A DNA stretch of 64,000 nt from a virus (IMGVR_UViG_3300037193_002967:8174-72173), one strand, 5' to 3'; positions 17,490-28,324 are shown, counted from the first letter of the stretch. Numbers and translations are program-made. The notes: generated by a model not told the origin, from the sequence alone.

Positions 17490-18146
17490 ATGGAGAATAG
17501 CAAACTACCAGGTGAGGTAAAGAAAAAAATAAGGCATTCAGCACATCGAGCAACTGATGCCGAAGAAGCCCGCTTGAAACAGAAGAATATTGACTATGGC
17601 CGCATGATTAGCCATTTGGGTGGTTTTACCGTTGGCCACATTGCTGGCGCTATTGAATGGGCAGAAAAATGGTGGGAGGTGTACGAGGAAAACGGAAGAA
17701 TGGCAATGAAGGTTACTGAGCTGTGGGAAGAGAACGAGAATCTGAAGAAACAACTTAATCACTATGAACTTTTTGAAATAAATATCAAAGCTGGGATGCC
17801 TGAAAATGAGGCTTCATTCCAGTCTGGATATACTTGTGGTCACGATGTCGCAGAGGATAAGTTAAAGAAGGAGAGCGAGAGGCTGAAGGCGGCACTGAAT
17901 AAAATCATTAACGTATATCCATCGGTAACTGGCGCTAACAGAATGCGTGATATAGCGGCCGAGGCACTGGCATCAAAGGGAAAGGAGGGAGAGAAAAAGA
18001 TAGTGATAGGCGAAGCACCGGACCTGGGCGATTGCAAAGAGTGCAAGACAGCGAAAGCTGAACACGATTATAACGGCCATCAGTATTACGTCTGCAATAC
18101 GTGCTTTGATCGGCTGTCCCGAGAATTCGAAGACGAATATCAGTAA
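17490..18146 (+). CDS. Hypothetical protein, coiled coil with C-terminal Zn ribbon
   Basis: CKEC...CNTC. Confidence 0.6.
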   Translation: MENSKLPGEVKKKIRHSAHRATDAEEARLKQKNIDYGRMISHLGGFTVGHIAGAIEWAEKWWEVYEENGRMAMKVTELWEENENLKKQLNHYELFEINIKAGMPENEASFQSGYTCGHDVAEDKLKKESERLKAALNKIINVYPSVTGANRMRDIAAEALASKGKEGEKKIVIGEAPDLGDCKECKTAKAEHDYNGHQYYVCNTCFDRLSREFEDEYQ

Positions 18147-18168
18147 GCACTAAACAATCAAAACAATA

Positions 18169-18423
18169 ATGGATAAGCAACAATGCCCTGAGTTCCCGCA
18201 TTTCGGCGCACGTTACCCAGATGCGCGGTGTATTGATGGGTATCTATGGGATCTGGATTCAGATAATGATGGCATGTTTACTCGTGGTGGTGATGATCCG
18301 TGCCCGTTCTGTAATACCGAACAGTACATTGAATTTCTTTTGGATGAGCATAACGGTGTAACTAGGTCACAGATTGAGCAGCACATCCAACAACTTAGAA
18401 ACCGTTACCAGCACCCAGACTAA
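18169..18423 (+). CDS. Hypothetical phage protein
   Basis: HFGARYPDARCIDGYLWDLDS...PCPFCN. Confidence 0.65.
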   Translation: MDKQQCPEFPHFGARYPDARCIDGYLWDLDSDNDGMFTRGGDDPCPFCNTEQYIEFLLDEHNGVTRSQIEQHIQQLRNRYQHPD

Positions 18424-18543
18424 CCCCTCAAAAAGATAAATAATGGAAAAGTTTTGGACCGCAGCGGGCATTGGAGTTGTCATCCTCTGCTTTCTTTTAG
18501 GTATGGCATTGATCATTTACATCACAAACAAATATGATAAATA

Positions 18544-19653
18544 ATGGAACAATACCCAGGCTCATATTATCAACCACTTTTCGACTATATACATGACCAG
18601 CATGGCACTCTGCTATTAGAAAGTGAGTGTCAAGAAATTATTGAAATTGTCAATAAGATGCAAGCCACCCAGCCGCCATCCAATACAGCGGTAGAGGAAG
18701 AAACAGTACCCGATCTTTCTGCGGCAACAGACCAGGAAAAGGCCGATTTTATTAATGGTCTTATCAAAATTGCGTCCCGGGAGATTTTAAAGGTCTTTGT
18801 TATGCTGGGATTAAAGAGCCATATCGAAACTACAGTTGTTAATGAAGCTACCGGAGACGCATTTCTATTTAGCTTTCGGAAGAAGGGAGCCGCATCCACC
18901 CCACAAGGTGCAGCAGACCCCGAAGCACTAACCATTGCCGATTACGAAGAAGTCTTAGCCGATCACCGCCGCCTGGTTCGAGAATTGGATACCATCATCA
19001 ACGGCGAGAATGCAGCCAAACAAGCCAGTTTATGCGATATGGTGAAACAGTTAGAGAATGAATGGCCGAAGAGGCGAGGGGCGGTATGGGTGAATGGTGT
19101 TAAATGGCCGGAGGGGAGGCATAATGAGGTACACTGGCGTACCGTTCGCGATAAACACCCGGTACTTGTGGTTGGCAGAAATCATGTTGATAACATCGTA
19201 GCTCAATTCGGGAAGGTTTATCTGCCGTCAGACCTCGAATACCTCGACGAAAGCGGACTCCAATTTACTCAGGGTGATGCGGTATGGGTGAAGGGTGATT
19301 ATGAGCGGTTGTATCATCAGATAAAAAGTGGGAAGCGCACGGTGTGTTTTATAGATTATACCCCATTCGGGCAAGATAAAACCTTCCGGGATATATGCAC
19401 CATCAGAGCCGAAACAATGGAATTCACCTCACGCGGCCACGGGTATGGCGGCGGCAAGTACCAGGATGCGGTTTATGAGAAAAAAGAATTTTTGGAGGAA
19501 TGTAAGAAATTGAACGTCGAATGGCTCGACGAATCCCCATCAAACCAAAGCGATGCGGTGGAGTTCTTAGATTATCTACAGAAACATGGTTTTTATCTTT
19601 CCCTCATTTATAGTAATGAACAACTATACGATCAATTCAAAAACCAACCATAA
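18544..19653 (+). CDS. Modular hypothetical protein
   Basis: Internal repeated boundaries AVWVxG ... [YW]LDES. Confidence 0.65.
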   Translation: MEQYPGSYYQPLFDYIHDQHGTLLLESECQEIIEIVNKMQATQPPSNTAVEEETVPDLSAATDQEKADFINGLIKIASREILKVFVMLGLKSHIETTVVNEATGDAFLFSFRKKGAASTPQGAADPEALTIADYEEVLADHRRLVRELDTIINGENAAKQASLCDMVKQLENEWPKRRGAVWVNGVKWPEGRHNEVHWRTVRDKHPVLVVGRNHVDNIVAQFGKVYLPSDLEYLDESGLQFTQGDAVWVKGDYERLYHQIKSGKRTVCFIDYTPFGQDKTFRDICTIRAETMEFTSRGHGYGGGKYQDAVYEKKEFLEECKKLNVEWLDESPSNQSDAVEFLDYLQKHGFYLSLIYSNEQLYDQFKNQP

Positions 19654-19844
19654 TGGCTAAACAAAAATTGACACCAGCGTATTGGCATGAAGCGTGTGAT
19701 AGAACATTTTGTGTTCAACAAATAATTGATAATTTATTATCTCAGCATCCTGCTATTTCCCAAACCCCTCACTTAAAAATTAAGATTGAACAGTTACAAG
19801 AAATATTAAGTGAAATATACCAGGAAACAGGAGCTAAAATGTGA
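19653..19844 (+). CDS. Hypothetical protein
   Basis: TAATG coupling; WHEACDR motif. Confidence 0.55.
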   Translation: MAKQKLTPAYWHEACDRTFCVQQIIDNLLSQHPAISQTPHLKIKIEQLQEILSEIYQETGAKM

Positions 19845-20101
19845 TGGAACTACGATGCAAATATAAAGTTGCTTTTAGCAATAGCATTAAGGCATTAGCG
19901 GCACTGCAAAAACATAACTCTAAAAATAAAGAGTTTAAATTTACAGGTTATTATTGTTGTCAATATTGCAAATTATGGCATTTAACATCGTTGCCCGCTC
20001 ATAAATGGGCGTCACAGAAAAAATTTCATGAAGATCGTATTAAAAATAATCAACTTGGTGATCCAGATAAAAGTAGACTTGGTAGAATGAAGAAAAAATG
20101 A
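19841..20101 (+). CDS. Small Zn-finger-like protein
   Basis: YCCQYCKLWHLTS. Confidence 0.6.
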   Translation: MMELRCKYKVAFSNSIKALAALQKHNSKNKEFKFTGYYCCQYCKLWHLTSLPAHKWASQKKFHEDRIKNNQLGDPDKSRLGRMKKK

Positions 20102-20283
20102 GTTCTGAAAATCTTAATATTGATTATCATAAGCAACAGCTGCTTTTAAAATCCTTAAATAAGTATCGGACTAAAGTTCAAGCCCGCGCTGCATTAGGTA
20201 TCTCGGAAAAACAAATGTATACGTACATAGAGAAATATAAAATTATTAAAAATAAAGAAGGCGAATATGTTCAACTTAAATAA
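20098..20283 (+). CDS. Fis-type HTH protein
   Basis: LLKSLNKYRTKVQARAALGISEKQMYTYIEKYKI matches HTH_8. Confidence 0.7.
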   Translation: MSSENLNIDYHKQQLLLKSLNKYRTKVQARAALGISEKQMYTYIEKYKIIKNKEGEYVQLK

Positions 20284-20623
20284 AGAGAATTTTTTCGACG
20301 ATATAAAAGCGAAATATCCGCAAGCGTTCGAACACTTTATGAATTGGCTGGATGATTATAAAAAAGAAATACGATGGGATGAATTGTTTGCAAAAAATGC
20401 GAGGCTATCTGTTAAAAGTTCTGATGATATTTACCCTGATACCATTAAATTTCATGATCTCCCATTCGATATGCAAAACGGTATACTTGCCAGGTTTGAT
20501 ATAGAAAAATTCAGTGGGAAGCTTGGATATGAAAGTATGCTTAAAACTGAACCACGTCGAATGGAAAATCTTTTTGCTGCCGTTCAAACAGCTATTGAAA
20601 ACAAAAATATTAAATTGAACTAA
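20267..20623 (+). CDS. Hypothetical protein
   Basis: Co-oriented, overlapping start. Confidence 0.6.
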   Translation: MFNLNKENFFDDIKAKYPQAFEHFMNWLDDYKKEIRWDELFAKNARLSVKSSDDIYPDTIKFHDLPFDMQNGILARFDIEKFSGKLGYESMLKTEPRRMENLFAAVQTAIENKNIKLN

Positions 20624-21107
20624 ATAAAAATATTTCTTACCTTAGTACTGCTTCAATTTTTTTTGACTAAAAAATGCTACACACCCGCTTGTTTCTACTC
20701 GCGGGTTTTTTGTCCCTTTAAATAATTATCGTATGAATAACGCAACCGAGATACTATACTACCAATGTTGGGTAATGTATGATAATGGTCGCCCTTCGCA
20801 TTATGCCTTTGTTGATAGCAAATGCATTCCGATAGAAGGACAGGCCCTGCATTTAAATGAAATTAAAAATTCTGGATTTTATTTATTACCACTTTTTGGA
20901 TGGCGCGTTAAAAAGAAAATAATTAAATGATCAAAAAATATTTTTTACTAATTCGTGGATTTATTCGCTGCCGAATTTTTAACTTTTGCCCGAAATGCAA
21001 TAGTGATGCGCCGGAAAAGGATACATGTAGTATCTGTGATGACGCATATGGTTACCCGACACGTGCTGTATGTATGACATGGTGGCTTGACTACAAAGAC
21101 GAACTAA

Positions 21108-22622
21108 ATGATTAAAAAAAAATTCACATTACTAGATTACCAACTGGCATTCCAAAAAAACCTAGCTATTGCCGTTAGGGATCACCAGCAAGTTATTGCT
21201 TGTGCGGCTACTGGTTCAGGTAAGACCAAGACTTTTATAGACACTTCCGCTAAAGCACATGCGAAGGGCAAAACAATATTGATCATTTCTGAATCCCTAA
21301 AGATATTCGAACAAATAAAAGAAGAAATAGAAGCCACTGAAATAGCAGACGGCAAGAATTACAAAACTATACAGCCGCATTTCGTTTATCTCGCCATGGC
21401 CCAGACCTTGCGAAATCGCCAGCATCTTATTGAACAATTTGCCGCACTTGGTCCTAACCTGCTAGTGATCTTCGATGAATGCCACATGGGGAACGGCGCC
21501 GCAATTCTTAAGTTATTTAAGTCGAATGGCGTTCTTATCATAGGTTTTTCTGCCACACCAGAAGGTAAGCATTTGGTAGATATCTACAATCATTGTGTAG
21601 TGGGTCCACAGCCGCATGATCTGGTTCTAAGCGGCGATCTTACTCCATATAAGCATATAGCCAGACAACGCGCTGATATCGCTAATCTGCGCCTTAACAG
21701 CGCAGGCGATGAATACACCGAAGAAAGCCAGGAAGAAGTATTTGAATCAGATGAAGTATACGAAGGGCTCACAGAGGATTTGCGTGTTATACCATTTAGA
21801 AAATGTATAATTTATTGTGCAAGCATAAGAGATTGCGAACACACATATGAAACTTTAACCGCTGCCGGTTTTATATGTTCGCGTATCCATACTCGTATGA
21901 CCAAGGATGAACAGAAGATCGAAATGGATAAATTCATGGGCCTTACTCCTATAATGATCAATGTAGCCATCTTGACTAAGGGATATGATTATCAACCAAT
22001 CGACCTGATCGTATTAAAATTCAAAACAAAAAAGTTAACTAAGTATATTCAATGTATTGGGCGTGGCTCCCGTGTATTAGATGAAGATCGTGGTAAACCA
22101 CTAGAGCAAAGAAAAAAGCAAGTATTCCGCGTGCTGGATTATGGGCAAAATCACGAAGCCCACAAGCAATGGGATTATGAACACGATTGGGCCAATAAGT
22201 GGCAAGGTAAGCCCACGCGTCCTGGTGTACCCCCTCATAAACTGTGCCCAAATTGTAACCATCTTATTCCAAATAGCATAAAAAAATGCCCAAATTGCGG
22301 GTACGAATTCGTAAGTTTGACGCTCGACCCGGAGCCAGCGGAACAACCTGAAACAGTACTAATCGAAATTACCCAACCATACACCCAACTATCCGGCAAG
22401 AAACTAAGTGAACTTTCACCTGAAGAACTAGCCATTTATGCAAAGACCAAGAATAAGCGCATGTATGCTATACGAGTTGCAAAAGCACGTGCCCAAAACA
22501 ATGATGAGGATTTCCTACGTTCCTTCGGCGCCGCCATGGGTTATAAATGGGGATGGGCACAAAGACTACTCGAAAATATGCCCACCGATCCAATAGAGTA
22601 TAATGATTTCATTCTGAGATAG
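21108..22622 (+). CDS. SF2 DExH helicase with Zn ribbon
   Basis: ATGSGKT, DECH, SAT, QCIGRGSR, CPNC-x10-CPNC. Confidence 0.92.
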   Translation: MIKKKFTLLDYQLAFQKNLAIAVRDHQQVIACAATGSGKTKTFIDTSAKAHAKGKTILIISESLKIFEQIKEEIEATEIADGKNYKTIQPHFVYLAMAQTLRNRQHLIEQFAALGPNLLVIFDECHMGNGAAILKLFKSNGVLIIGFSATPEGKHLVDIYNHCVVGPQPHDLVLSGDLTPYKHIARQRADIANLRLNSAGDEYTEESQEEVFESDEVYEGLTEDLRVIPFRKCIIYCASIRDCEHTYETLTAAGFICSRIHTRMTKDEQKIEMDKFMGLTPIMINVAILTKGYDYQPIDLIVLKFKTKKLTKYIQCIGRGSRVLDEDRGKPLEQRKKQVFRVLDYGQNHEAHKQWDYEHDWANKWQGKPTRPGVPPHKLCPNCNHLIPNSIKKCPNCGYEFVSLTLDPEPAEQPETVLIEITQPYTQLSGKKLSELSPEELAIYAKTKNKRMYAIRVAKARAQNNDEDFLRSFGAAMGYKWGWAQRLLENMPTDPIEYNDFILR

Positions 22623-22638
22623 CCCGTAAATACATTTG

Positions 22639-25179
22639 ATGGATAATCAATTGCACCCAGTTTGGCAACAAGTGGAGCTATTGCTTAATGACGGCATCAA
22701 TCTGGTGCCGGTGAGAGATAAAGAGGAAGAATATCACGGTAAAGTATATGCTAAAAAGACACCATACAGTGAATGGACTAAATTTCAAACTGAACGAGTA
22801 GGAAGACAAGACCTATTCCATGAAATGGAACGCCGCAATACTACCGCTGTTGCGATGGTTTGCGGGGGAATATCCGGAAATCTAGAAGGGATCGATATTG
22901 ATGAAAAATACCTCCCTGGGATCAGTGCCCGGTTTTTTACCGACCTGCAAGCTATTTACCCGGACCTCTTCGAAAAATTGCGGGTCCACAAAACACCCTC
23001 CGGCGGTTGCCACATTCCTTACCGGATCGAATTGCCAGAAGGACAGGCAATGCCACGAAGTCAGAAACTTGCCCAACGGGAAGCTATATCAGAAGAATTA
23101 CAGGCAGATATCGACCGGGGCATCAAAAAGCCATCAAAGACCCGATGTTTTATTGAATCTCGTGGTGAAGGTGGCTTAATGACCTGCCCACCATCGATGG
23201 GGTATACAGTTCGCAAAGATGCTCCTATACCATTACTTACTTGGATAGAACGCTGCCAGCTTATCGAATTCTGCCGGGCGTATAATACCTATATTAAAGA
23301 AGATAAGCCCTACAAACCCAACCGAGCGGAATTAAATTACTACGATGAGAATCCTTTTGAACACTATAACCGAACTGTTTCGGCGGTCGAACTTTTGGAA
23401 AGTCTGGGCTGGCAACTTGTTAGTAAGCGCGGCACTCATCTTTGGTTCACCCGACCCGGTGGCAGGCGTGGTGATGTTCACGCTTCGTTCCACGTGGAAC
23501 ATCGCTATTTTTACGTATTTACTGTCAGCACAGAGTTAGAGCCTGACCGTGCCTATAATCTATCAACCCTCCTGGCACATTACAGTTTCGGCGGGGATAA
23601 GCAGAAGACCTATCAATGGCTAGTAGAAGCAGGCTATGGAAGAATCAAGCCCGCTGTGGAACAACGTATCATCCGCACCAAAGCCATGACCGGCGACCCG
23701 CTTCCACAGAACATCAGTACCCAGGGGCGGGAAATGTACCAACAAACTGTAGAGCAGCTTAATACCCAGCATCCACACGGCATATTCTGGTCGCCCGACG
23801 ATGAGGGTGTAATGCGTATAAGCCGCCTGCGCTTTCAGCAAGTTGCTCATGACCTGGGTTTTCGCCTGTATAAAAAGGAATTGGTACGTATACAAGGTAT
23901 TTATATACACCATTGCGAGGATAGGCAGTTTTACGATGCTATGTCCGGTTATATTAATGAGGAAGATGGTGATCTGTATGAAGAGATTTTCAATGCCCAT
24001 CATGCTTTTTTTCAAAAGAACGCCAATTTCTGCATAACCTGTCTGACAACCATCAGTCAAGAAAAAATACTAGGTGATTCTCGTCAAGTATGCTATAAGT
24101 TTTTCCTTAATGGCTTCGTTGAGATATCTGCAAGTGGCTGGTCTTTTAATAGTTATGAATTGATCACAGACCATTTAGTTTGGGCAACCAAAGTTCAACA
24201 GCGTGATTTTGTCGAGGATCAATCAGGCGGTCTTTATGTAGATTTCTTAAATAAGTCTGTTGAACTAGATAAGAATACAGATCATATAATGCGTTGTTTG
24301 GGGTATTTGTCCCACGAATGGAAGGACGAAACCACCGGTTATTTTATCGTACTCACTGAGCGCTGCCCTGATCCTATGCAGGGTGGAGGGTCCGGCAAAA
24401 ACCTTTTCTGTAACTTACTTAAGCTGACAACTACTTACATGTCGATCCCTGGGAGTCAGGCCCAGGCTAATGAAAAGTTCCTTCAATCCTGGCGTGGCCA
24501 AAAGATATTTGCCATCAGCGATCTACCCAAAGATTTCAATTTCGGCTTCCTAAAGGAAATGACCACGGGAGAAGCCATTCTTAAGAAGTTATTTAAAAAT
24601 GAAGAAGTACTTGGTCTGAACGATGTACCCAAGTTCATTTTACAGACCAATTATGCTGGTGATGTGCAGGATGGAGGGATCAAGGGCCGTATGATCCAGA
24701 TTGAATTTACCGGGTTTTTCAATCGTAAGCGTGGCGTGGATATGCATTACGGAAAACATTTTGCCAACGATTGGACCCCGGAAGACTTCCATGCCTATGA
24801 CACTTTCATTATTAAATGTATCCAAACTTGGATGCAATTCGGACTTAAATTAGATGATATCGAGCTTTCTGCTACCGGCTGGGAAAAAAGGTTCGTTGTA
24901 TCGTACGGACAAGCCCTATTTGACTTCATTACCGAAAATTGGGAGAACTGGAAAAACCGGTTTATTTCAAATGAACAGTTTAACCGGCAGCTTGACGAAT
25001 TTATACGCGAGAATAATATCAATCAGAAGTATCGGCCCACCTCCTTCAAGATCAATAATGCCTTAAAAGAATGGTGTGATAAACGCGGATACATATTTAA
25101 TAAAGCTGATATACAACGTGTAGACGCCATCAATACCGTACGTGGCCGATCTTTTACTGAAGAAAAGCTGCCTTTTTAA
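22639..25179 (+). CDS. Prim-pol-type primase fused to a P-loop helicase
   Basis: GIDID, KTPSGGCH and IESRGEGG prim-pol motifs; GGSGKN Walker A; ILQTN. Confidence 0.85.
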   Translation: MDNQLHPVWQQVELLLNDGINLVPVRDKEEEYHGKVYAKKTPYSEWTKFQTERVGRQDLFHEMERRNTTAVAMVCGGISGNLEGIDIDEKYLPGISARFFTDLQAIYPDLFEKLRVHKTPSGGCHIPYRIELPEGQAMPRSQKLAQREAISEELQADIDRGIKKPSKTRCFIESRGEGGLMTCPPSMGYTVRKDAPIPLLTWIERCQLIEFCRAYNTYIKEDKPYKPNRAELNYYDENPFEHYNRTVSAVELLESLGWQLVSKRGTHLWFTRPGGRRGDVHASFHVEHRYFYVFTVSTELEPDRAYNLSTLLAHYSFGGDKQKTYQWLVEAGYGRIKPAVEQRIIRTKAMTGDPLPQNISTQGREMYQQTVEQLNTQHPHGIFWSPDDEGVMRISRLRFQQVAHDLGFRLYKKELVRIQGIYIHHCEDRQFYDAMSGYINEEDGDLYEEIFNAHHAFFQKNANFCITCLTTISQEKILGDSRQVCYKFFLNGFVEISASGWSFNSYELITDHLVWATKVQQRDFVEDQSGGLYVDFLNKSVELDKNTDHIMRCLGYLSHEWKDETTGYFIVLTERCPDPMQGGGSGKNLFCNLLKLTTTYMSIPGSQAQANEKFLQSWRGQKIFAISDLPKDFNFGFLKEMTTGEAILKKLFKNEEVLGLNDVPKFILQTNYAGDVQDGGIKGRMIQIEFTGFFNRKRGVDMHYGKHFANDWTPEDFHAYDTFIIKCIQTWMQFGLKLDDIELSATGWEKRFVVSYGQALFDFITENWENWKNRFISNEQFNRQLDEFIRENNINQKYRPTSFKINNALKEWCDKRGYIFNKADIQRVDAINTVRGRSFTEEKLPF

Positions 25180-25207
25180 TTTTAAAACAAACCAAAAATC
25201 AAGGATC

Positions 25208-25531
25208 ATGAACAGTATTGAACAATTAAAGATGCTCGGACTCACAGAGCCCGATTTTGACCTTTTAGTAGCTGGCCTGGATCAACTACCTCACAAAGGT
25301 GATGTGCAAGAACTTGTTACCCAAATGATGCGGGGCATTGGTAAAACACCTGAAGAACACAGAGTACTCACAGATCAGTATCGAGCACAGCTTCAAAAAA
25401 AGGAAAAAGAAAAAGCTACATTGATCGAAGATATTCGCATTCTTCAGGGCAAGCTTTTGATGCTGAAACGATACATGAAAGATAACGAATTATTGCAGTC
25501 GGTAAACGAGATAATCAACCCAAAAAGTTGA
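25208..25531 (+). CDS. Hypothetical protein
   Basis: ATG at 25208; coiled coil. Confidence 0.55.
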   Translation: MNSIEQLKMLGLTEPDFDLLVAGLDQLPHKGDVQELVTQMMRGIGKTPEEHRVLTDQYRAQLQKKEKEKATLIEDIRILQGKLLMLKRYMKDNELLQSVNEIINPKS

Positions 25532-25562
25532 TCTCATAAAATACTAAATCATTCCCTTATTT

Positions 25563-25589
25563 AAGGCGGCTATTATGGCCGCCTTTTTT
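25563..25589 (+). terminator. Intrinsic terminator
   Basis: AAGGCGGCT-ATTAT-GGCCGCCTT plus T-run. Confidence 0.75.
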
Positions 25590-25906
25590 GTTACAAACTT
25601 TTTTTGTTACAAATCAAAATTTGTAACAGTTTTTGTAACGTATTAACTTATTGATATTTAATATATTATACTACCTTGTTACAATGTTACAAAAAATATA
25701 GTATAATGGAAGGTATAGGTATAAAATATATAAGGGGTAATTATGTATCTACGAATATATCGTAGATACGCATTTCGCATAATTGTATTTCCCCGTATAT
25801 ATAAATAAGGGCGGTTTTTTTTTGTAACTTTGTAACAGACACTTAAGTTAATGAAATTCAATTATTTATACTTTAGTTGCATAAACAACTATGTTACAAG
25901 TTACAA
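25589..25906. repeat. Iteron-like GTTACAA/TTGTAAC cluster, probable replication origin
   Basis: 10 copies in both orientations in an AT-rich intergenic region after the primase-helicase; perfect 10-bp hairpin at 25745-25769. Confidence 0.65.
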
Positions 25907-26009
25907 AATATTAGGGCCATTTTGGTGGTTTAGCCCCACTTGACGAAAAAAGTGAAAAAAGTGAATTTCGTGAAATCCGTACTTTTCGTGGTTTCCGTAC
26001 CTTTGCCGG

Positions 26010-26417
26010 GTGACTCACGATCAACTCCAATCCCAATGCTTCCTCAAAGCCTGGAATCACTCCCAAGATGACGGATTCTTTCCCTGGATGCAATACCGGT
26101 TCTTTAGCGTACCAAATAGCGCTGTGGGCTTCCTGGGACCCAAAAAGGCAAAACAGTTACAATCTTGTGGTCTGGTGGCAGGCGTCTGGGATATGCCTAT
26201 ATTTGACTCCAATGGGGCCTGTCACTGGATCGAATTCAAAGTTGGTAAAGACACAGTGAGCCCCGCCCAAAAAAAATTCAGAACAGCCATGCTTCCACTC
26301 GGGAACCAATTTTTTTATGTGGTACATGAAGACGTTAACCTTTTTTGGGAAATTTTCACTAACATTGCACATATGAATATTCAATCTTTATTGAAACTTC
26401 AATACAATGACGCCTAA
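26010..26417 (+). CDS. VRR-NUC family nuclease
   Basis: FSVPN, GLVAGVWDM, WIEFK, SPAQKKF. Confidence 0.8.
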   Translation: MTHDQLQSQCFLKAWNHSQDDGFFPWMQYRFFSVPNSAVGFLGPKKAKQLQSCGLVAGVWDMPIFDSNGACHWIEFKVGKDTVSPAQKKFRTAMLPLGNQFFYVVHEDVNLFWEIFTNIAHMNIQSLLKLQYNDA

Positions 26418-26985
26418 ACAACAAAGGTTTGTTGATGAATATGTGAAAGACCCAGATCGGAATCAAACACAGGCAGCAAGAAAGGCGGGATATAGTGAAA
26501 AAACAGCAGCACAGGCAGCGGCTCATCTGTTAAAAAACCCTAATATTCAGCTAGCTATAAGGGAAAAGCTAGAATTAGTTCGAGCAGAAACTGCATTAAA
26601 AATTCAACGAGAGGAAGAGGAAAACTGGCTCGATCCCGTCAATGTGGCAAAAGGCTTCAAAAAAATCTACGATAGATGTATGCAAGCCGAAGCCGTGATG
26701 CGTTATGATGCTCGTGAAAAACGTATGGTCCCTGTCCGTGATGAGCATGGTAACGCGATGTATGTATTTGATTCCAATGGTGCCAATCGTGCCTGGGAAA
26801 ATATTGCCAAACATATTGGGTTCTACGAAATTGATAATGCCCAAAAAGCCCCGATCATCAATATTGAACTTAATAACACCAATAACATTGCAATTCTAAA
26901 TGCAAGCGACGAAGAGGCCGGAGATAAAGATCAATTTATCGACGGAAATGTTCTTACCATGCTACCGCCATCTTCTGAAGAATGA
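26407..26985 (+). CDS. terS: Terminase small subunit
   Basis: MTPKQQRFVDEY...NQTQAARKAGYSEKTA. Confidence 0.92.
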   Translation: MTPKQQRFVDEYVKDPDRNQTQAARKAGYSEKTAAQAAAHLLKNPNIQLAIREKLELVRAETALKIQREEEENWLDPVNVAKGFKKIYDRCMQAEAVMRYDAREKRMVPVRDEHGNAMYVFDSNGANRAWENIAKHIGFYEIDNAQKAPIINIELNNTNNIAILNASDEEAGDKDQFIDGNVLTMLPPSSEE

Positions 26986-28324
26986 GGTAGAAGTAATTAG
27001 CCCTGTCGAAGAGTTAGCACCTGTTCCAATTGACATAGAGTTTTTATGGGGCGGCCGCGATAGCGGTAAGAGCCGTCATATTGTCCAACAATTGATTTAT
27101 GATTGTCTAAGACTGCCTTATTTTAGATGCGTCCTTGTGAGAAAGGTTTTCAACACTATCAAAGAAAGCCAATGGCAGTTAATTAAGGATGTTTGCGAAG
27201 AATGGGGCGTGGATCATCTATTCAGCTTCAAACAAAGCCCGCTTGAGATCATTTGTATCAATGGTAATAAGTTTATATGCCGCGGTATGGATGAGCCTGG
27301 CAAATTAAAATCTATTGCCAACCCTTCACATTGCTGGTGCGAAGAAGGGAATCAATTGGAAAAAGATGATTTTGTTATCATCATGACTTCTTTACGCTAT
27401 AACCAAGGCCGAGTTAAAGTGTGGTTTTCTTTCAACCCTGAATACGAGGGAGATTATAAAGAGTTTTGGTTATATGCTATCTTCTTTAAGAAATACGAAC
27501 ATCTCTTATATAAGCAAAGAATATTTGTTGGACAATGGCAAATAAAGCTGCCAATGTACCAATTTAAAGAACGTATAATCAATTTTACATACAGAAGCAC
27601 ATGGACAACGTACAAGGATAACCGATACTGTAAGCATGAGCGTGCTGCTTTCTTAGAAGAGTTAAAAATCCTTGATCCATACTGGTATAAAGTATTTACG
27701 CAGGGGTATTGGGGGAATAGAATTGTTAGTGATCCATATTGCTATTGCTTTAATGAAGAAAAGCATGTTGGATCGACTTATTTAGACCAAAACAAGGAAC
27801 TTTATTTAAGTTTTGACTTCAACGTGAATCCTATTACCTGCGGCGTGTATCAGCATGACGAATATGATAATTGGATTAGAGTAATCGAGGCCATAAAGCT
27901 TGATAATAGTGATATATATAAACTTTGTGACCATATTAAGGCAAAGTATTGGGGATATGTAATGATCGTTACTGGCGATGCTACCGGACGAAATACGAGT
28001 GCCCTGGTACAGGATGGGATCAACTATTATTCAATTATAAAAACCGAATTGGGTTTAGTGGATGGCCAGATGCGCCAACCAACTATTAACCCACCAGTCC
28101 GTGAGAACCGAGTATTAGTTAACGCTTGCTTATTTAAGTTGAATATACTTATGGACGAACAACATTGTGCCCCGTTGATCTTCGACTGTAAGAACGTAAG
28201 CGTGACTGACCTGGGAGATATTGATAAAGGAAGTAGGTCAAATCCAAAGAAACGCGCTGACCATCTTGACCATTTCAGATATTATTTAAATACTTTTTGG
28301 AAAAGAGTTCTTAAAATGCAGTAA
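26900..28324 (+). CDS. terL: Terminase large subunit (PBSX-like)
   Basis: GGRDSGKS, WCEE, SFNP, DFN, DHFRY motifs. Confidence 0.92.
   Translation: MQATKRPEIKINLSTEMFLPCYRHLLKNEVEVISPVEELAPVPIDIEFLWGGRDSGKSRHIVQQLIYDCLRLPYFRCVLVRKVFNTIKESQWQLIKDVCEEWGVDHLFSFKQSPLEIICINGNKFICRGMDEPGKLKSIANPSHCWCEEGNQLEKDDFVIIMTSLRYNQGRVKVWFSFNPEYEGDYKEFWLYAIFFKKYEHLLYKQRIFVGQWQIKLPMYQFKERIINFTYRSTWTTYKDNRYCKHERAAFLEELKILDPYWYKVFTQGYWGNRIVSDPYCYCFNEEKHVGSTYLDQNKELYLSFDFNVNPITCGVYQHDEYDNWIRVIEAIKLDNSDIYKLCDHIKAKYWGYVMIVTGDATGRNTSALVQDGINYYSIIKTELGLVDGQMRQPTINPPVRENRVLVNACLFKLNILMDEQHCAPLIFDCKNVSVTDLGDIDKGSRSNPKKRADHLDHFRYYLNTFWKRVLKMQ

Noticed and set aside
18544-19653. Diversity-generating retroelement TR/VR pair
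   Set aside because: Repeats are only 9-14 bp, there is no adenine-specific mismatch pattern, and no reverse transcriptase is in the window
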